This document shows, piece after piece, positions 48,201 to 57,867 of a stretch of 64,000 bases of DNA. Under the pieces are notes generated by a model. That model ran no database searches. It was not told the origin of the DNA and worked only from the letters and a program-made list of their open reading frames with translations. The number at the start of each line of letters is the position of its first letter. Position 1 is the stretch's first letter. The stretch comes from Candidatus Daviesbacteria bacterium RIFCSPHIGHO2_12_FULL_37_16 (lineage in GTDB: Bacteria; Patescibacteriota; Microgenomatia; Daviesbacterales; UBA10151): positions 6,894-70,893 of the forward strand of contig MFDF01000002.1 in NCBI GenBank assembly GCA_001776785.1, in the 5' to 3' direction. The translations under genes and the position numbers were made by a program.

Positions 48201-48446
48201 ATGGCACATAAAAAAGGCGGCGGAACAGCAAAAACAAACAGAGATTCTATTTCCAAAAGATTGGGTGTAAAAAAATATGGTGGGGAGAAAGTTTTGCCCG
48301 GAAATATAATAATCAGGCAAAAGGGTTCTAAGTTTCATACAGGAGTTGGTGTAAGAATGGGTAATGATTTTACAATTTATTCCGTGACAGAGGGTAAAGT
48401 AGAGTTTAAAAAGAAGCTTGGTAAGAGAATGGTACATGTAACTTAA
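48201..48446 (+). CDS. rpmA: 50S ribosomal protein L27
   Basis: [28 protein letters not shown]. Confidence 0.98.
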   Translation: MAHKKGGGTAKTNRDSISKRLGVKKYGGEKVLPGNIIIRQKGSKFHTGVGVRMGNDFTIYSVTEGKVEFKKKLGKRMVHVT

Positions 48447-49316
48447 GTGATGGACGACCAACCACAAGATAAGGTTTTTGAGATTGATATTAATTTACTT
48501 CAGGCAAATCCCCTGCAGCCCCGCGGTTTAATTACACCTGAATCTTTAGCAGAGCTTGCAGAATCTATAAGAACCCATGGTGTGCTAGAGCCGATTGTTG
48601 TGGCTAAAACACCTGCAGGATATCAAATTATTGCCGGAGAGAGAAGATGGAGAGCTTCAAGGCTTGTTGGTCTTGAAAAAGTACCTGTTATTATCAGAGA
48701 AACTTCACCCCAAGGGATGCTGGAGATGGCAATTGTAGAAAATGTCCAAAGGGTTGACCTAAACCCTTTAGAAAGAGCCCAGGCATATAAAAGATTAATG
48801 GATGAATTTAATTTAACAAATGCTGAAATTGCAGAAAGAGTAGCAAAATCTCCATCTTATATTTCTAATACAATAAGACTTTTAACATTACCAGATGCCT
48901 TAAAAGATGCTTTAATGTCTGGTCAGACTACAGAGGGTCATGTTAGGGCACTATCCGCTCTGGAGGATCCCCACTTAATTATTGAGGCTTACAAGGAAGT
49001 CTTAAGAAGAAACCTTTCAGTAAGAGGTACTGAAGAGCTGGTTAGAAAACTGCGCTCTAAGCATGGAATAGCCCCTAAAAAGGGAGCAGCTCCAGAAAAA
49101 ATGAGGATTATTTCTGATGAAATTGACCAGGTTGAACAAGGTTTAAGAGAAATATTGTCTAATGGAGACGGCAGTGCTGCTAAAGTTAAATATGATTTAA
49201 CAGGGTCAAGCGCCAGGCTTGAAATTAGAATACCAGGTCAGCCAGATAAAACCAGTGAGACTATTCAGGAAATATACCGGGCAATTAATGAGAGACTGGG
49301 AAACAGATCTGTTTAA
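48447..49316 (+). CDS. parB: ParB/Spo0J partition protein
   Basis: NPLQPR, GVLEPIVV, YQIIAGERRWRA, ENVQRVDLNPLERA, HTH, GHVRAL. Confidence 0.95.
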   Translation: MMDDQPQDKVFEIDINLLQANPLQPRGLITPESLAELAESIRTHGVLEPIVVAKTPAGYQIIAGERRWRASRLVGLEKVPVIIRETSPQGMLEMAIVENVQRVDLNPLERAQAYKRLMDEFNLTNAEIAERVAKSPSYISNTIRLLTLPDALKDALMSGQTTEGHVRALSALEDPHLIIEAYKEVLRRNLSVRGTEELVRKLRSKHGIAPKKGAAPEKMRIISDEIDQVEQGLREILSNGDGSAAKVKYDLTGSSARLEIRIPGQPDKTSETIQEIYRAINERLGNRSV

Positions 49317-49918
49317 TTTGTGATCTGGTAGTATGCAGGGTAAAGGCCTATTTCATTTGCAGGCCAATACCTGAAAAAAACTTTCCCTATAATTTCATTC
49401 ATTTGGATAAATCCCCACTCCCTTGAGTCTGAGGAATGGGATCTGTTGTCTCCTAAGACTATAAAGTGGTTTGGGGCAATTTCTACTTCTTCTCCTTCTT
49501 TCATAAAAGATCCAGAGTTGGTAACTATTTGGTCATTAAGATAGGGCTCATCCAGAAGTTTCCCATTTAAATAGACTTTTCCTGACGAGATCTTAACCCT
49601 ATCGCCGGGAACGGCAATAATTCTTTTGATGAAATCCTGACTTTCATCCCTTGGGTTTTTGAAAACAATAATATCTCCTCTTGTAGGTTCTGATAATCTG
49701 TAAGTCACTTTGTCAGTAATAATATAGTCCCCGTCTTTAAAATTTGGGAACATAGATGAACCTGAAACTTTATGAGGCTGGGCAATCAGCCAATAAATGG
49801 CTGTTCCGATTGCTGCAAAAACTACCAGAGTTTGAAAAAGCTCTACAATGTGAGTGCGGAGAGGTATTTTAGGTTCTTCCTGGTGATAAGCTAAGACTTC
49901 TGTATCTGAATTATCCAT
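49313..49918 (-). CDS. lepB: Signal peptidase I
   Basis: VSGSSMFP (Ser), RGDIIVF, FIKRII (Lys), GDNRSHSSDSREWG. Start moved to the ATG at 49918. Confidence 0.95.
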   Translation of the reverse strand: MDNSDTEVLAYHQEEPKIPLRTHIVELFQTLVVFAAIGTAIYWLIAQPHKVSGSSMFPNFKDGDYIITDKVTYRLSEPTRGDIIVFKNPRDESQDFIKRIIAVPGDRVKISSGKVYLNGKLLDEPYLNDQIVTNSGSFMKEGEEVEIAPNHFIVLGDNRSHSSDSREWGFIQMNEIIGKVFFRYWPANEIGLYPAYYQITN

Positions 49919-49989
49919 GAGTGATATTATCTCAGGTGAACAATTGTGATGCAAGGGTGATAAATGTTAGAATTTGGCATATTTAACAG

Positions 49990-50772
49990 ATGAAAGAGAT
50001 AATAGATATTTATAAAAAGTACAAAGAGGTATTTTGGCAGTTGGCTTATAGAGAAATTAAAGCCAGATATAAACAGTCTGTATTAGGATATGCCTGGGCT
50101 GTGATAGTTCCTTTACTAAATTTACTGGTTTTAAGTGTAGTTTTTTCTAACTTATTTAGAGTACCTACTGGTGGAATCCCATACCCTGTTTTTTTGTTTG
50201 CAGCACTGGTTCCATGGACCTTTCTTTCTAATGCTATTACTACTGCAACGGGAAGTATTATTTCAAATGCTTCACTTGTTACTAAAGTTTATTTGCCAAG
50301 AGAAATATTTCCACTGGCAGCTATTGCTTCAAAATCAATAGATCTTTTGTTAACTTGCTTAGTTTTAGTTATTTTTTTATTTTTTTATGGAGTCAGCTTT
50401 AAACTGACAATGCTTTTAGTACCAATTATTTTTTTAGTTCAACTTATTTTAATTATAGGAGTGTCACTGATACTTTCTGCAGCAAATGTCTTCTTTAGGG
50501 ATATTGAAAATATACAAAGTGTGTTTTTAACTATTTGGATGTATTTGACACCTATTATCTATTCAACAGAACAAATTCCTGAGAGTTTAAAGCCTTTGTT
50601 TTATTTAAATCCCATGACTGGAATCATAAATGCCTATAGAGATGCTATTTTATTTGGAAAATTTCCAGTTAACTTACCGTTTATCTATTCATCTATATTC
50701 TCATTATTTATATTAGCTTTTGGATTTTATTTCTTTAGAAAAAATTCTAAATATTTTGCAGATGTAATCTAA
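49990..50772 (+). CDS. wzm: Polysaccharide ABC-2 exporter permease (Wzm)
   Basis: REIKARYKQSVLGYAW, KVYLPRE, FFRD, YLTPIIY, LNPM. Confidence 0.93.
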   Translation: MKEIIDIYKKYKEVFWQLAYREIKARYKQSVLGYAWAVIVPLLNLLVLSVVFSNLFRVPTGGIPYPVFLFAALVPWTFLSNAITTATGSIISNASLVTKVYLPREIFPLAAIASKSIDLLLTCLVLVIFLFFYGVSFKLTMLLVPIIFLVQLILIIGVSLILSAANVFFRDIENIQSVFLTIWMYLTPIIYSTEQIPESLKPLFYLNPMTGIINAYRDAILFGKFPVNLPFIYSSIFSLFILAFGFYFFRKNSKYFADVI

Positions 50773-50774
50773 AT

Positions 50775-51506
50775 ATGGAAAGTGTAATAGAGTTTAAAAG
50801 CATAAGTAAAAAATACAAAAGGGGAAGAAGGCTTTTTTTAAAGCAAGCATTATTAGATCTATTTAGGCCAAACAAGCAGGAGGACTTTTGGGCCCTAAAA
50901 GATATAAGTTTTAAAATTAGAAAAAGTGAAACTGTAGGAATTATAGGAGACAATGGATCAGGTAAAAGCACAATTCTAAAATTAATTGCCGGGGTTGTAG
51001 CTCCTACCAGCGGTTGGATAAGTGTAAATGGAAAAGTTAGCCCTTTAATTGAGCTGGGTGCCGGATTTCATCCGGAACTTACGGGAAGAGAGAATATATA
51101 TCTAAATGGTACAATTCTTGGGCTTACAGAAAGGGAGATTGACAAGAAATTTGACGAGATAGTAGCCTTTTCTGAGCTTGAAAACTTTATTGATACTCCT
51201 GTGAAGCATTATTCTTCAGGGATGTATATGAGGTTAGGTTTTTCAATTGCCATTAGTGTTGATCCTGACATTTTACTAATAGATGAAATACTGGCGGTTG
51301 GAGATATATCATTTCAGAAAAAATGTTTTGAGAAAATTAAAGAGTTTAAAAGGAAAGAGAAAACAATTGTGATAATTTCCCATTCGATGGAGGTAATTAG
51401 GATGTTTTGCGAGAAAGCAATGTTAATCAGGAATGGCAGGTGCATAGGATTCGGAGATACTAAAAAATTGGTAGGAAGCTATATAAAATACCAGGATAAT
51501 TCTTGA
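50775..51506 (+). CDS. wzt: Polysaccharide ABC exporter ATPase (Wzt, no C-terminal domain)
   Basis: GDNGSGKST, GAGFHPELTGRENI, YSSGMYMRLGF, ILLIDEILAVGD; 243 aa. Confidence 0.95.
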   Translation: MESVIEFKSISKKYKRGRRLFLKQALLDLFRPNKQEDFWALKDISFKIRKSETVGIIGDNGSGKSTILKLIAGVVAPTSGWISVNGKVSPLIELGAGFHPELTGRENIYLNGTILGLTEREIDKKFDEIVAFSELENFIDTPVKHYSSGMYMRLGFSIAISVDPDILLIDEILAVGDISFQKKCFEKIKEFKRKEKTIVIISHSMEVIRMFCEKAMLIRNGRCIGFGDTKKLVGSYIKYQDNS

Positions 51507-51555
51507 CAAACGATCCTAAGTAGCTTATCTTTTCAAGACTTTTGGAAAACAATTT

Positions 51556-53586
51556 ATGAAAGTTGCATTAATTACACCTACATTAATTGCCCACCATGCT
51601 GTTCCAAACAGCATTATTAACAAATACCGTGCCTTGAGAGAAAAATCACATGAGGTTGATATTTTTGTCCAGTCAGTAGATCCCGAAGGATTACCTGATG
51701 AAATTGCTAAAAGTACATATGTTTTAACTCCTGAGCAGTTAAGTAAATTCAGTAAAGGAGGCAAGCCATTTACGGAAAATATTGAAAAATGGTTTGATGC
51801 ACAGCTTTATCTTTTTGACTACCCGCACTACTATCCATTTGTTGACGAGATTAAAAGAGTAGAGGGGATAACAGGATTTATTTATCATGGAATTACACCT
51901 CCTGCATTTGCAGATCCCAGAAAAAGATCACTCTACGAATCAAGCATGATGTTTTTAAGCTTATTAAAAAATGCAGATTTTGGAATTGTTTACAGCAAAT
52001 ATACTTATGATGAATTAGTTAAAAAGTATAGGTTTTCGTCTAAACAGATAGCTCAAATACCCTTTGGTATAAATATTGTTAAGAGAAAACAGCCAATCGA
52101 AAATAAGTATAGAGGGAGTAAACATATACTTACTTATATTGGGAGAATTACACCCCATAAGAATATAGAATTTTTGATTAGAGCGTTACCGCAAATAGTA
52201 GCGAAAAAAAAAGATGTTTTTTTGTATATCTTGGGAGATGACAGAGGTGAATATGCACGGGAGAAAGCCAGATTGGTTGGTATTGTTAAAGAACTTGAGT
52301 TAGAAAGATATGTTGAGTTCCCCGGATTAGTGGATGATTTAGATAGATATATAGAAGCCTCAGATGTTATTGTTTCAGCTTCTCTGCATGAGGGATGTTG
52401 GGTGCCTGGATTAGAGGCGATTGCTTTTAAGAAGCCAGTTGTTGCATCCGACAGCACTGCGATTCCTTTTACAGTTAAGAAGTCAGGTTTATACTTTGAC
52501 CCCTCAAATCAAAAGGAGTACATAGATAAGGTGTTAAGAGTTTTGGACAACGACAGCGTTAGAAGCAGCCTAAAGAAGGAGGCTGAGAAGGAGAGGGTGA
52601 AAATATCATTAGAGGCACATGATAAAGCTTTTAACAAGGTTATCAGTAATGCTTTAAAGATGAGACCGAAGAGAGGTACAAAAAATAATAAAATTGATCC
52701 TAATATTCTTCTGGAGAAGTTAAGAATTCTGGAAGAAATGAAGGATGCTAAGATTGATTACCATGAATTTTCAGACAGGAAATACATAGGTTCTTTACTA
52801 AGCAAATTTAGAGACTTTGCTACAAGACATGTTAGAAAATTTTACATACAGCCCCTGGAACGGGCGCAAATAAATTTTAATGATGCAGTAGTTGATGAAA
52901 TCAGGACTATCCTTGAATATTTAGCAGAGAAGGAAAAATGGAGTACAAAAGTTGGAAAAGTCATGCAAAAGGATCTCAATGAAGAATTTTACAATAGAGA
53001 TTATTTTATTGGAGGCAACAAAAGTAATTATGGTGATTACAAAGATACAAAGGATATATTGATACATTTGGCCGATATGGTAAATGAAGTTTTGGCTCCA
53101 AAGTCACTGCTTGATATAGGTTGTGCTTACGGATATATACCAATTAGACTGAGGGAAAAAGGAGTAGCAGCACACGGAATAGATATTTCAGATTTTGCTA
53201 TTTCCCAAGCAAACAAACCTTATTTATCGGTAGGTGATGCAACTAATCTGAGTCAGTTTAAAAATAGGGAATTTGAAGTATTAGTGGCATCTGAAATGAT
53301 GGAACATATTCCTGAGAATAAAATTGATTCTGCAATAAAAGAAGCAAAACGGGTTGCCTCCAAATATATTGTTTACTTAATAGCAATGAAAGGTTTTGCT
53401 TCTCACGAAGGGGAACATGATCATGACATTTCCCATGTGAGTGTTCATAACAGAAAATTCTGGCTTGATAAATTTCAAAGATTGGGGTTAGATAGGGATG
53501 TTGATAAAGAAAGAATGTTAAATACAAAGCAGTACTCGGTTGATATGGGCTGGAGCGGAAGATTTTTTGTACTGAGGACCAGATAG
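51556..53586 (+). CDS. GT4 glycosyltransferase fused through a helical linker to a SAM methyltransferase
   Basis: IGRITPHKN, SLHEGCWVPGLEA (GT4); linker ...LERAQINFNDAVV; C-terminal LLDIGCAYG, GIDISDFA, EMMEHI. Confidence 0.85.
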   Translation: MKVALITPTLIAHHAVPNSIINKYRALREKSHEVDIFVQSVDPEGLPDEIAKSTYVLTPEQLSKFSKGGKPFTENIEKWFDAQLYLFDYPHYYPFVDEIKRVEGITGFIYHGITPPAFADPRKRSLYESSMMFLSLLKNADFGIVYSKYTYDELVKKYRFSSKQIAQIPFGINIVKRKQPIENKYRGSKHILTYIGRITPHKNIEFLIRALPQIVAKKKDVFLYILGDDRGEYAREKARLVGIVKELELERYVEFPGLVDDLDRYIEASDVIVSASLHEGCWVPGLEAIAFKKPVVASDSTAIPFTVKKSGLYFDPSNQKEYIDKVLRVLDNDSVRSSLKKEAEKERVKISLEAHDKAFNKVISNALKMRPKRGTKNNKIDPNILLEKLRILEEMKDAKIDYHEFSDRKYIGSLLSKFRDFATRHVRKFYIQPLERAQINFNDAVVDEIRTILEYLAEKEKWSTKVGKVMQKDLNEEFYNRDYFIGGNKSNYGDYKDTKDILIHLADMVNEVLAPKSLLDIGCAYGYIPIRLREKGVAAHGIDISDFAISQANKPYLSVGDATNLSQFKNREFEVLVASEMMEHIPENKIDSAIKEAKRVASKYIVYLIAMKGFASHEGEHDHDISHVSVHNRKFWLDKFQRLGLDRDVDKERMLNTKQYSVDMGWSGRFFVLRTR

Positions 53587-53587
53587 A

Positions 53588-54733
53588 ATGAGTGAAATTT
53601 TTGTGGATATCCGACCTATGCAGCTTCTGGATAGAAAGCAGCGGGGAATCGGGAAGTATACCCAGCTGCTTCTAAGAGATTTAAAAGCGGGGAATCCTAA
53701 ATTGAATTTTTTCTCCTTACCCATAAAATTTGAGAATGTTATAGAAAAGTATTCACCTGATAACAGGATCCATTTGTTTATAAGAAAACTTCAATTTCTT
53801 ATGTGGTTGGCCTCTAACAGCTTGATAAATATGATAGTCCCCCAGGGTGTTCTATTTCACAGTGTAGACCAGTTGTTTATCCCAAAAACTGATAGATTCA
53901 AAAGGATAGTGACTGTTCATGATTTAATCCCAACTGTTTATCCGAAAGAATATTTGAACAATCTAAATCCGTATTTTAGAAGGACTTATTTGGAATCTAT
54001 TAAGCAGCTTCCTAAGGTTGAACACATTATTGCAGTTTCCAATTACACTAAAAAAGACATTATTAAATATTTCTCTATTGATGAAAATAAGATAAGCGTT
54101 ATTTATGAGGCTGCAGATCCAATATACAGAGTCCACAGGCCTCACCATTGCCTGGAGAACTTAAAAAATAAATTTATGTTGTCTGAAGACTTCATTTTAT
54201 TTGTAGGAGGTATTGATCCAAGAAAAAACCTGAAAACTGTTGTTGAAGTTTTTTCAGAGATTAGCAAAGAAAATCGGAACCTTAATCTTGTTATTACTGG
54301 AAGTGACATTATGGTTGATGAGGATCCAAGTAAAAGAAAAATAGATAAATTAATCAAAAAATATAAATTGAAAGAAAAAATTTTACCACTGGGATTTATT
54401 GACACTAATGATTTGGCTTGTCTGTATAATAGAGCTAAGATGCTTATTTACCCATCAAATTATGAAGGCTTCGGGCTGCCTGTTCTAGAGGCTATGGCTT
54501 GCGGCTGCCCTGTTATTTCATCAAACAGAACAAGCATTCCCGAAATTGCGGGGAATGGTGCGATTTTTATAGATCCAGATAATATTGAAGAAATTAAAAT
54601 TGCCGTAAAAAGACTACTAAATGATAAGTTATTATCAAATAGCCTTAGAAAGAGGGGTTTAAGCAGGGCGAAGTTGTTTTCCTGGAAAAAGACTCGAAGA
54701 GAAACCTTTCAAGTTTACAAACGATTTCTTTGA
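53588..54733 (+). CDS. Glycosyltransferase family 4 (MtfB-like)
   Basis: RGIGKY, TVHDLIP, GGIDPRKN, PSNYEGFGLPVLEAMACG. Confidence 0.9.
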   Translation: MSEIFVDIRPMQLLDRKQRGIGKYTQLLLRDLKAGNPKLNFFSLPIKFENVIEKYSPDNRIHLFIRKLQFLMWLASNSLINMIVPQGVLFHSVDQLFIPKTDRFKRIVTVHDLIPTVYPKEYLNNLNPYFRRTYLESIKQLPKVEHIIAVSNYTKKDIIKYFSIDENKISVIYEAADPIYRVHRPHHCLENLKNKFMLSEDFILFVGGIDPRKNLKTVVEVFSEISKENRNLNLVITGSDIMVDEDPSKRKIDKLIKKYKLKEKILPLGFIDTNDLACLYNRAKMLIYPSNYEGFGLPVLEAMACGCPVISSNRTSIPEIAGNGAIFIDPDNIEEIKIAVKRLLNDKLLSNSLRKRGLSRAKLFSWKKTRRETFQVYKRFL

Positions 54734-56010
54734 ACTTTACAATGAGTTTAGCAGCTACATTTCAGTCATTAGTTATAGCTTTTGCGCCTTTTTATATATT
54801 AAGAGGTTATATTCCTCTGCCAATTTTAAATTTAAACATTCCAACAACTTTGCTTGAGGTTTTAATTATTTTAAGTTTGGTTTCTACCTTTGTAGGATAT
54901 TTAAAAAGCAAAGATAATCTAAAAGTTTTTAGAACTAAGTTTGATAGATTAATACTTCTATTTTTATTTGCTTCATTCATTTCTATTTTTTTCAGTCCTG
55001 ATTTTATTGGAGGTATAGGGATATTTAGGGCATATTTTTTAGAACCTATCCTTTTTTATTATGCATTGGTTTATGAAACTAGGAAAGTTGGTTATGGGTT
55101 TGTAATAAATTCACTTGTTGTTTCTGGATTAATTCTTTCTTTGATAGCTATAATTCAAAAATTTAGCGGCCTTTTAGTATTTGCTCCGCATGAATTAGAG
55201 CAGGGTAGAGTATCTGGCGTATACAATAGTGCCAACTCATTAGCGCTATACCTTGGGCCAATAAGCATTTTATCATTATCCATTTTTTTAAAACTAAAAA
55301 ACAATTTCAAATTTTTGTATTTGGGGTTATTTCTTTTGAATGTTTTGATACTTTTGTGGACCAGGTCAAGAGGGGGTTTGGCAGCAGAAGCAGGAGCAGT
55401 GCTGATAATGGTATATGGAATTTTGTCTGTTAGTTCAGATTTTAAAATAAAATTTGTAAAAATCAGGACTGAGGTATTTAGAAGACTTTGGGTATTCATA
55501 CCAATTTTATTTATTCTATTTACAACATTTTTTTATACACAAATTTATCAAATTTATTCTACTTATCCCCAGTATATTGCAGCCCATGAGGTGAAAGGAG
55601 ATACTCTTCACATAAGATATCTAATCTGGAAATCTACCATTGAGATGTTAAAAGACAGTCCACTTTTTGGAGCTGGTCTTGATGGTTTTAAAAGTGCATA
55701 TGAGCAAATATATAAACCTTCAATTTTTCCTGAGCAATTTCAGTATCCTCATAATTTAATTTTAACTTTTTGGGTAGAAACAGGTATTCTAGGTTTAATA
55801 GCTTTCCTTCTATTAATATATAAAGTTTACTTTTTACTTATGAAGAATATATTTAAAACAAAAGATCCCTATCTGGGTATAGCATTAATTGCGATAATGA
55901 CTTATTGGATGATACATGGGTTGGTAGATGTTCCTTATTTTAAAAATGATTTAAGTTTAGAATTCTGGGTGGTTCTGGCACTTATTTCAGGATTCCTGGA
56001 AAACAAGTAA
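54730..56010 (+). CDS. O-antigen ligase (WaaL/PglL-like) family membrane protein
   Basis: RVSGVYNSANSLA, TRSRGG, RYLIW, PLFGAG, YPHNLILTFWVETGILG, HGLVD. Confidence 0.88.
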   Translation: MNFTMSLAATFQSLVIAFAPFYILRGYIPLPILNLNIPTTLLEVLIILSLVSTFVGYLKSKDNLKVFRTKFDRLILLFLFASFISIFFSPDFIGGIGIFRAYFLEPILFYYALVYETRKVGYGFVINSLVVSGLILSLIAIIQKFSGLLVFAPHELEQGRVSGVYNSANSLALYLGPISILSLSIFLKLKNNFKFLYLGLFLLNVLILLWTRSRGGLAAEAGAVLIMVYGILSVSSDFKIKFVKIRTEVFRRLWVFIPILFILFTTFFYTQIYQIYSTYPQYIAAHEVKGDTLHIRYLIWKSTIEMLKDSPLFGAGLDGFKSAYEQIYKPSIFPEQFQYPHNLILTFWVETGILGLIAFLLLIYKVYFLLMKNIFKTKDPYLGIALIAIMTYWMIHGLVDVPYFKNDLSLEFWVVLALISGFLENK

Positions 56011-56012
56011 GT

Positions 56013-56735
56013 TTAAGGATTGTAGGTAACTTTTTTCTCAATTTTTTTTGAATTTCCAAAGTTATTTGTAGCAATTATTGTAACAGTATTATCACCTTCA
56101 TTTAATGAGATTTCTGTTGAGAAATTACCTTCTGCATTTACTATGACTGTTGTACCATTTATTGTAATTGGATTTTGATTGTCAACACTTCCGGAGACTT
56201 TAACCTTTTTATCCCCACCTTTTATCTGGTGATTATCAGGTGGTTCTGAAACTTCAAGTTTTGGTTCCTCCTTACTGTAGAGAAGTTTTATGGTTTTAGA
56301 GGGAAGGCTTTTTTTATCTCCATTTTTGGTTATGGCATGGATATAGTTTGTTCCTTCAATTAAATTCAGGTTTCCTGTTTCAAATGATCCATCAATTGAT
56401 GTATCCACAGTATCTTTTAGACTGTCATCAAAGTATATTTCCACCTGAGAATCTTCAGTTGCATATCCTGATATTTTTAAATCTGCAGAATTTGTGGCTT
56501 CAAAGGGAATATTTAGAACCGGGGGTGCAAGTCCTGTGTCTTCAATTTCTTCAACCTGTGCAGCAGGTTTAAACTTATTAAAAATTGTAAGGCCTCCGAT
56601 TAAGGTAGGAAGACCCCAGGTAATTAAAAAATAAGCAAAAATCAGAAAGATTATTATTGAAAGAATTAGGTTTCTTTTAGCTTTTTTTTCCAGTCTTCTA
56701 ACTGACCTTGGCCTGTAGCGCTGTCTTGGAGGCAT
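56013..56735 (-). CDS. Membrane-anchored protein with Ig-like beta-sandwich domains
   Basis: Basic N-tail, one TM, two repeats ending GxF...L.EG.N. Start moved to the ATG at 56735 because the longer ORF overlaps the tRNA. Confidence 0.8.
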   Translation of the reverse strand: MPPRQRYRPRSVRRLEKKAKRNLILSIIIFLIFAYFLITWGLPTLIGGLTIFNKFKPAAQVEEIEDTGLAPPVLNIPFEATNSADLKISGYATEDSQVEIYFDDSLKDTVDTSIDGSFETGNLNLIEGTNYIHAITKNGDKKSLPSKTIKLLYSKEEPKLEVSEPPDNHQIKGGDKKVKVSGSVDNQNPITINGTTVIVNAEGNFSTEISLNEGDNTVTIIATNNFGNSKKIEKKVTYNP

Positions 56736-56755
56736 AGTATAATTATATACCAATT

Positions 56756-56830
56756 TGGAGCCAGTGGGGGGAATCGAACCCTCAACTTCTGCTTTACGAA
56801 AGCATTGTTCTGCCATTGAACTACACTGGC
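56756..56830 (-). tRNA. tRNA-Thr(CGT)
   Basis: GCCAGTG/CACTGGC acceptor stem, GTTC/GAAC D-stem, anticodon loop TT-CGT-AA, TTCGATT T-loop, encoded CCA. Confidence 0.93.
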
Positions 56831-56894
56831 ATATCTGTATTTTACACGAAAATACTATCTATATATTTGTAAGAGAGTATGTATAATCTCTACT

Positions 56895-57809
56895 ATGAGT
56901 TTAGATTTAAGACATGAATTGCCTTTTAGAATAAGAGCTGAAGGTCCATTTGACCCAAAAAAGATTTTAGTAGATTACAGATCTTTGAGGTTGCCATTAA
57001 ATGAAAAAGACAAGAGTGAAGTTGACGCAATTTGGAGTCAGCATTTTGAACCTTACCCTGACCGGTATAAAAATTTTCCTAAAGTTAATATAAACAAAGT
57101 TGAAGTAAGAGATGGATTATTAAACTTGGGATTACTAGATACTGATTATAAAACTCATATTAGTTTAAGGAGAAAGTATAGACAGGAAGGGGGACATTTC
57201 AGGCAGTATGATGCAGCTTCAGGAATTGAAGCTGTAGTAGTAACAGCTGATAACCGTATTTTATTATCACAAAGGGCAGAAGATATTGATGATCCAGGAT
57301 GGATGGCAGTGATCTCTGGAGGGTTTTTTGAGCCGGATGAGTTAAAAACAGCAGGACCAAGTGTATATAACTGTTTTTTGAGGGAATTGGAGGAGGAAGC
57401 CGGAATCGAAGAAAGGGATCTTGTTGATTGTGTAGTTGCAGGCGTAATTCAGGAAAAGATGGGGTCATCAACCGTAGTTTTTATTACTGGAACCAGTCTT
57501 GAGGCAGAAGAGGTTTTAAGAAGGAAAACTGATGGTGAGAACCATAAATTTACAGTTAAAAACAATCCTGCAGAATTTATTGATATAGTTAAAAGCAACC
57601 TACTGATTTTATCTGATACGAATTTAGGGACACTTGATTTATTTATTAAACAGAGATTTGATCAGGAATATGCCCAAATATATGAGAGTCTTATATCAGA
57701 TAGACTGAGTGAGTATAAGGGTTTGGGTGTTGACAGGTTAGAGGAGTTAAGAAGCAGGCAGGTTAGAAATCTTACAGCCCTGGTTGAAAGCAATAGTGAC
57801 AATTCCTGA
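56895..57809 (+). CDS. NUDIX hydrolase (NUDT22-like architecture)
   Basis: VVVTADNRILLSQR, GGFFEP...RELEEEAGI Nudix box with an insertion, TDYK in the N-terminal region. Confidence 0.8.
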   Translation: MSLDLRHELPFRIRAEGPFDPKKILVDYRSLRLPLNEKDKSEVDAIWSQHFEPYPDRYKNFPKVNINKVEVRDGLLNLGLLDTDYKTHISLRRKYRQEGGHFRQYDAASGIEAVVVTADNRILLSQRAEDIDDPGWMAVISGGFFEPDELKTAGPSVYNCFLRELEEEAGIEERDLVDCVVAGVIQEKMGSSTVVFITGTSLEAEEVLRRKTDGENHKFTVKNNPAEFIDIVKSNLLILSDTNLGTLDLFIKQRFDQEYAQIYESLISDRLSEYKGLGVDRLEELRSRQVRNLTALVESNSDNS

Positions 57810-57867
57810 AATGCCTTGGCATAAGGAGATTTTACAAGAAAAGCTATTCAGGTTAAACTGTGAATAG

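Noticed and set aside
56736-56816. N-terminal extension of the 56013-56816 ORF
   Set aside because: It overlaps tRNA-Thr; the ATG at 56735 has its own TATAAT 6 nt upstream
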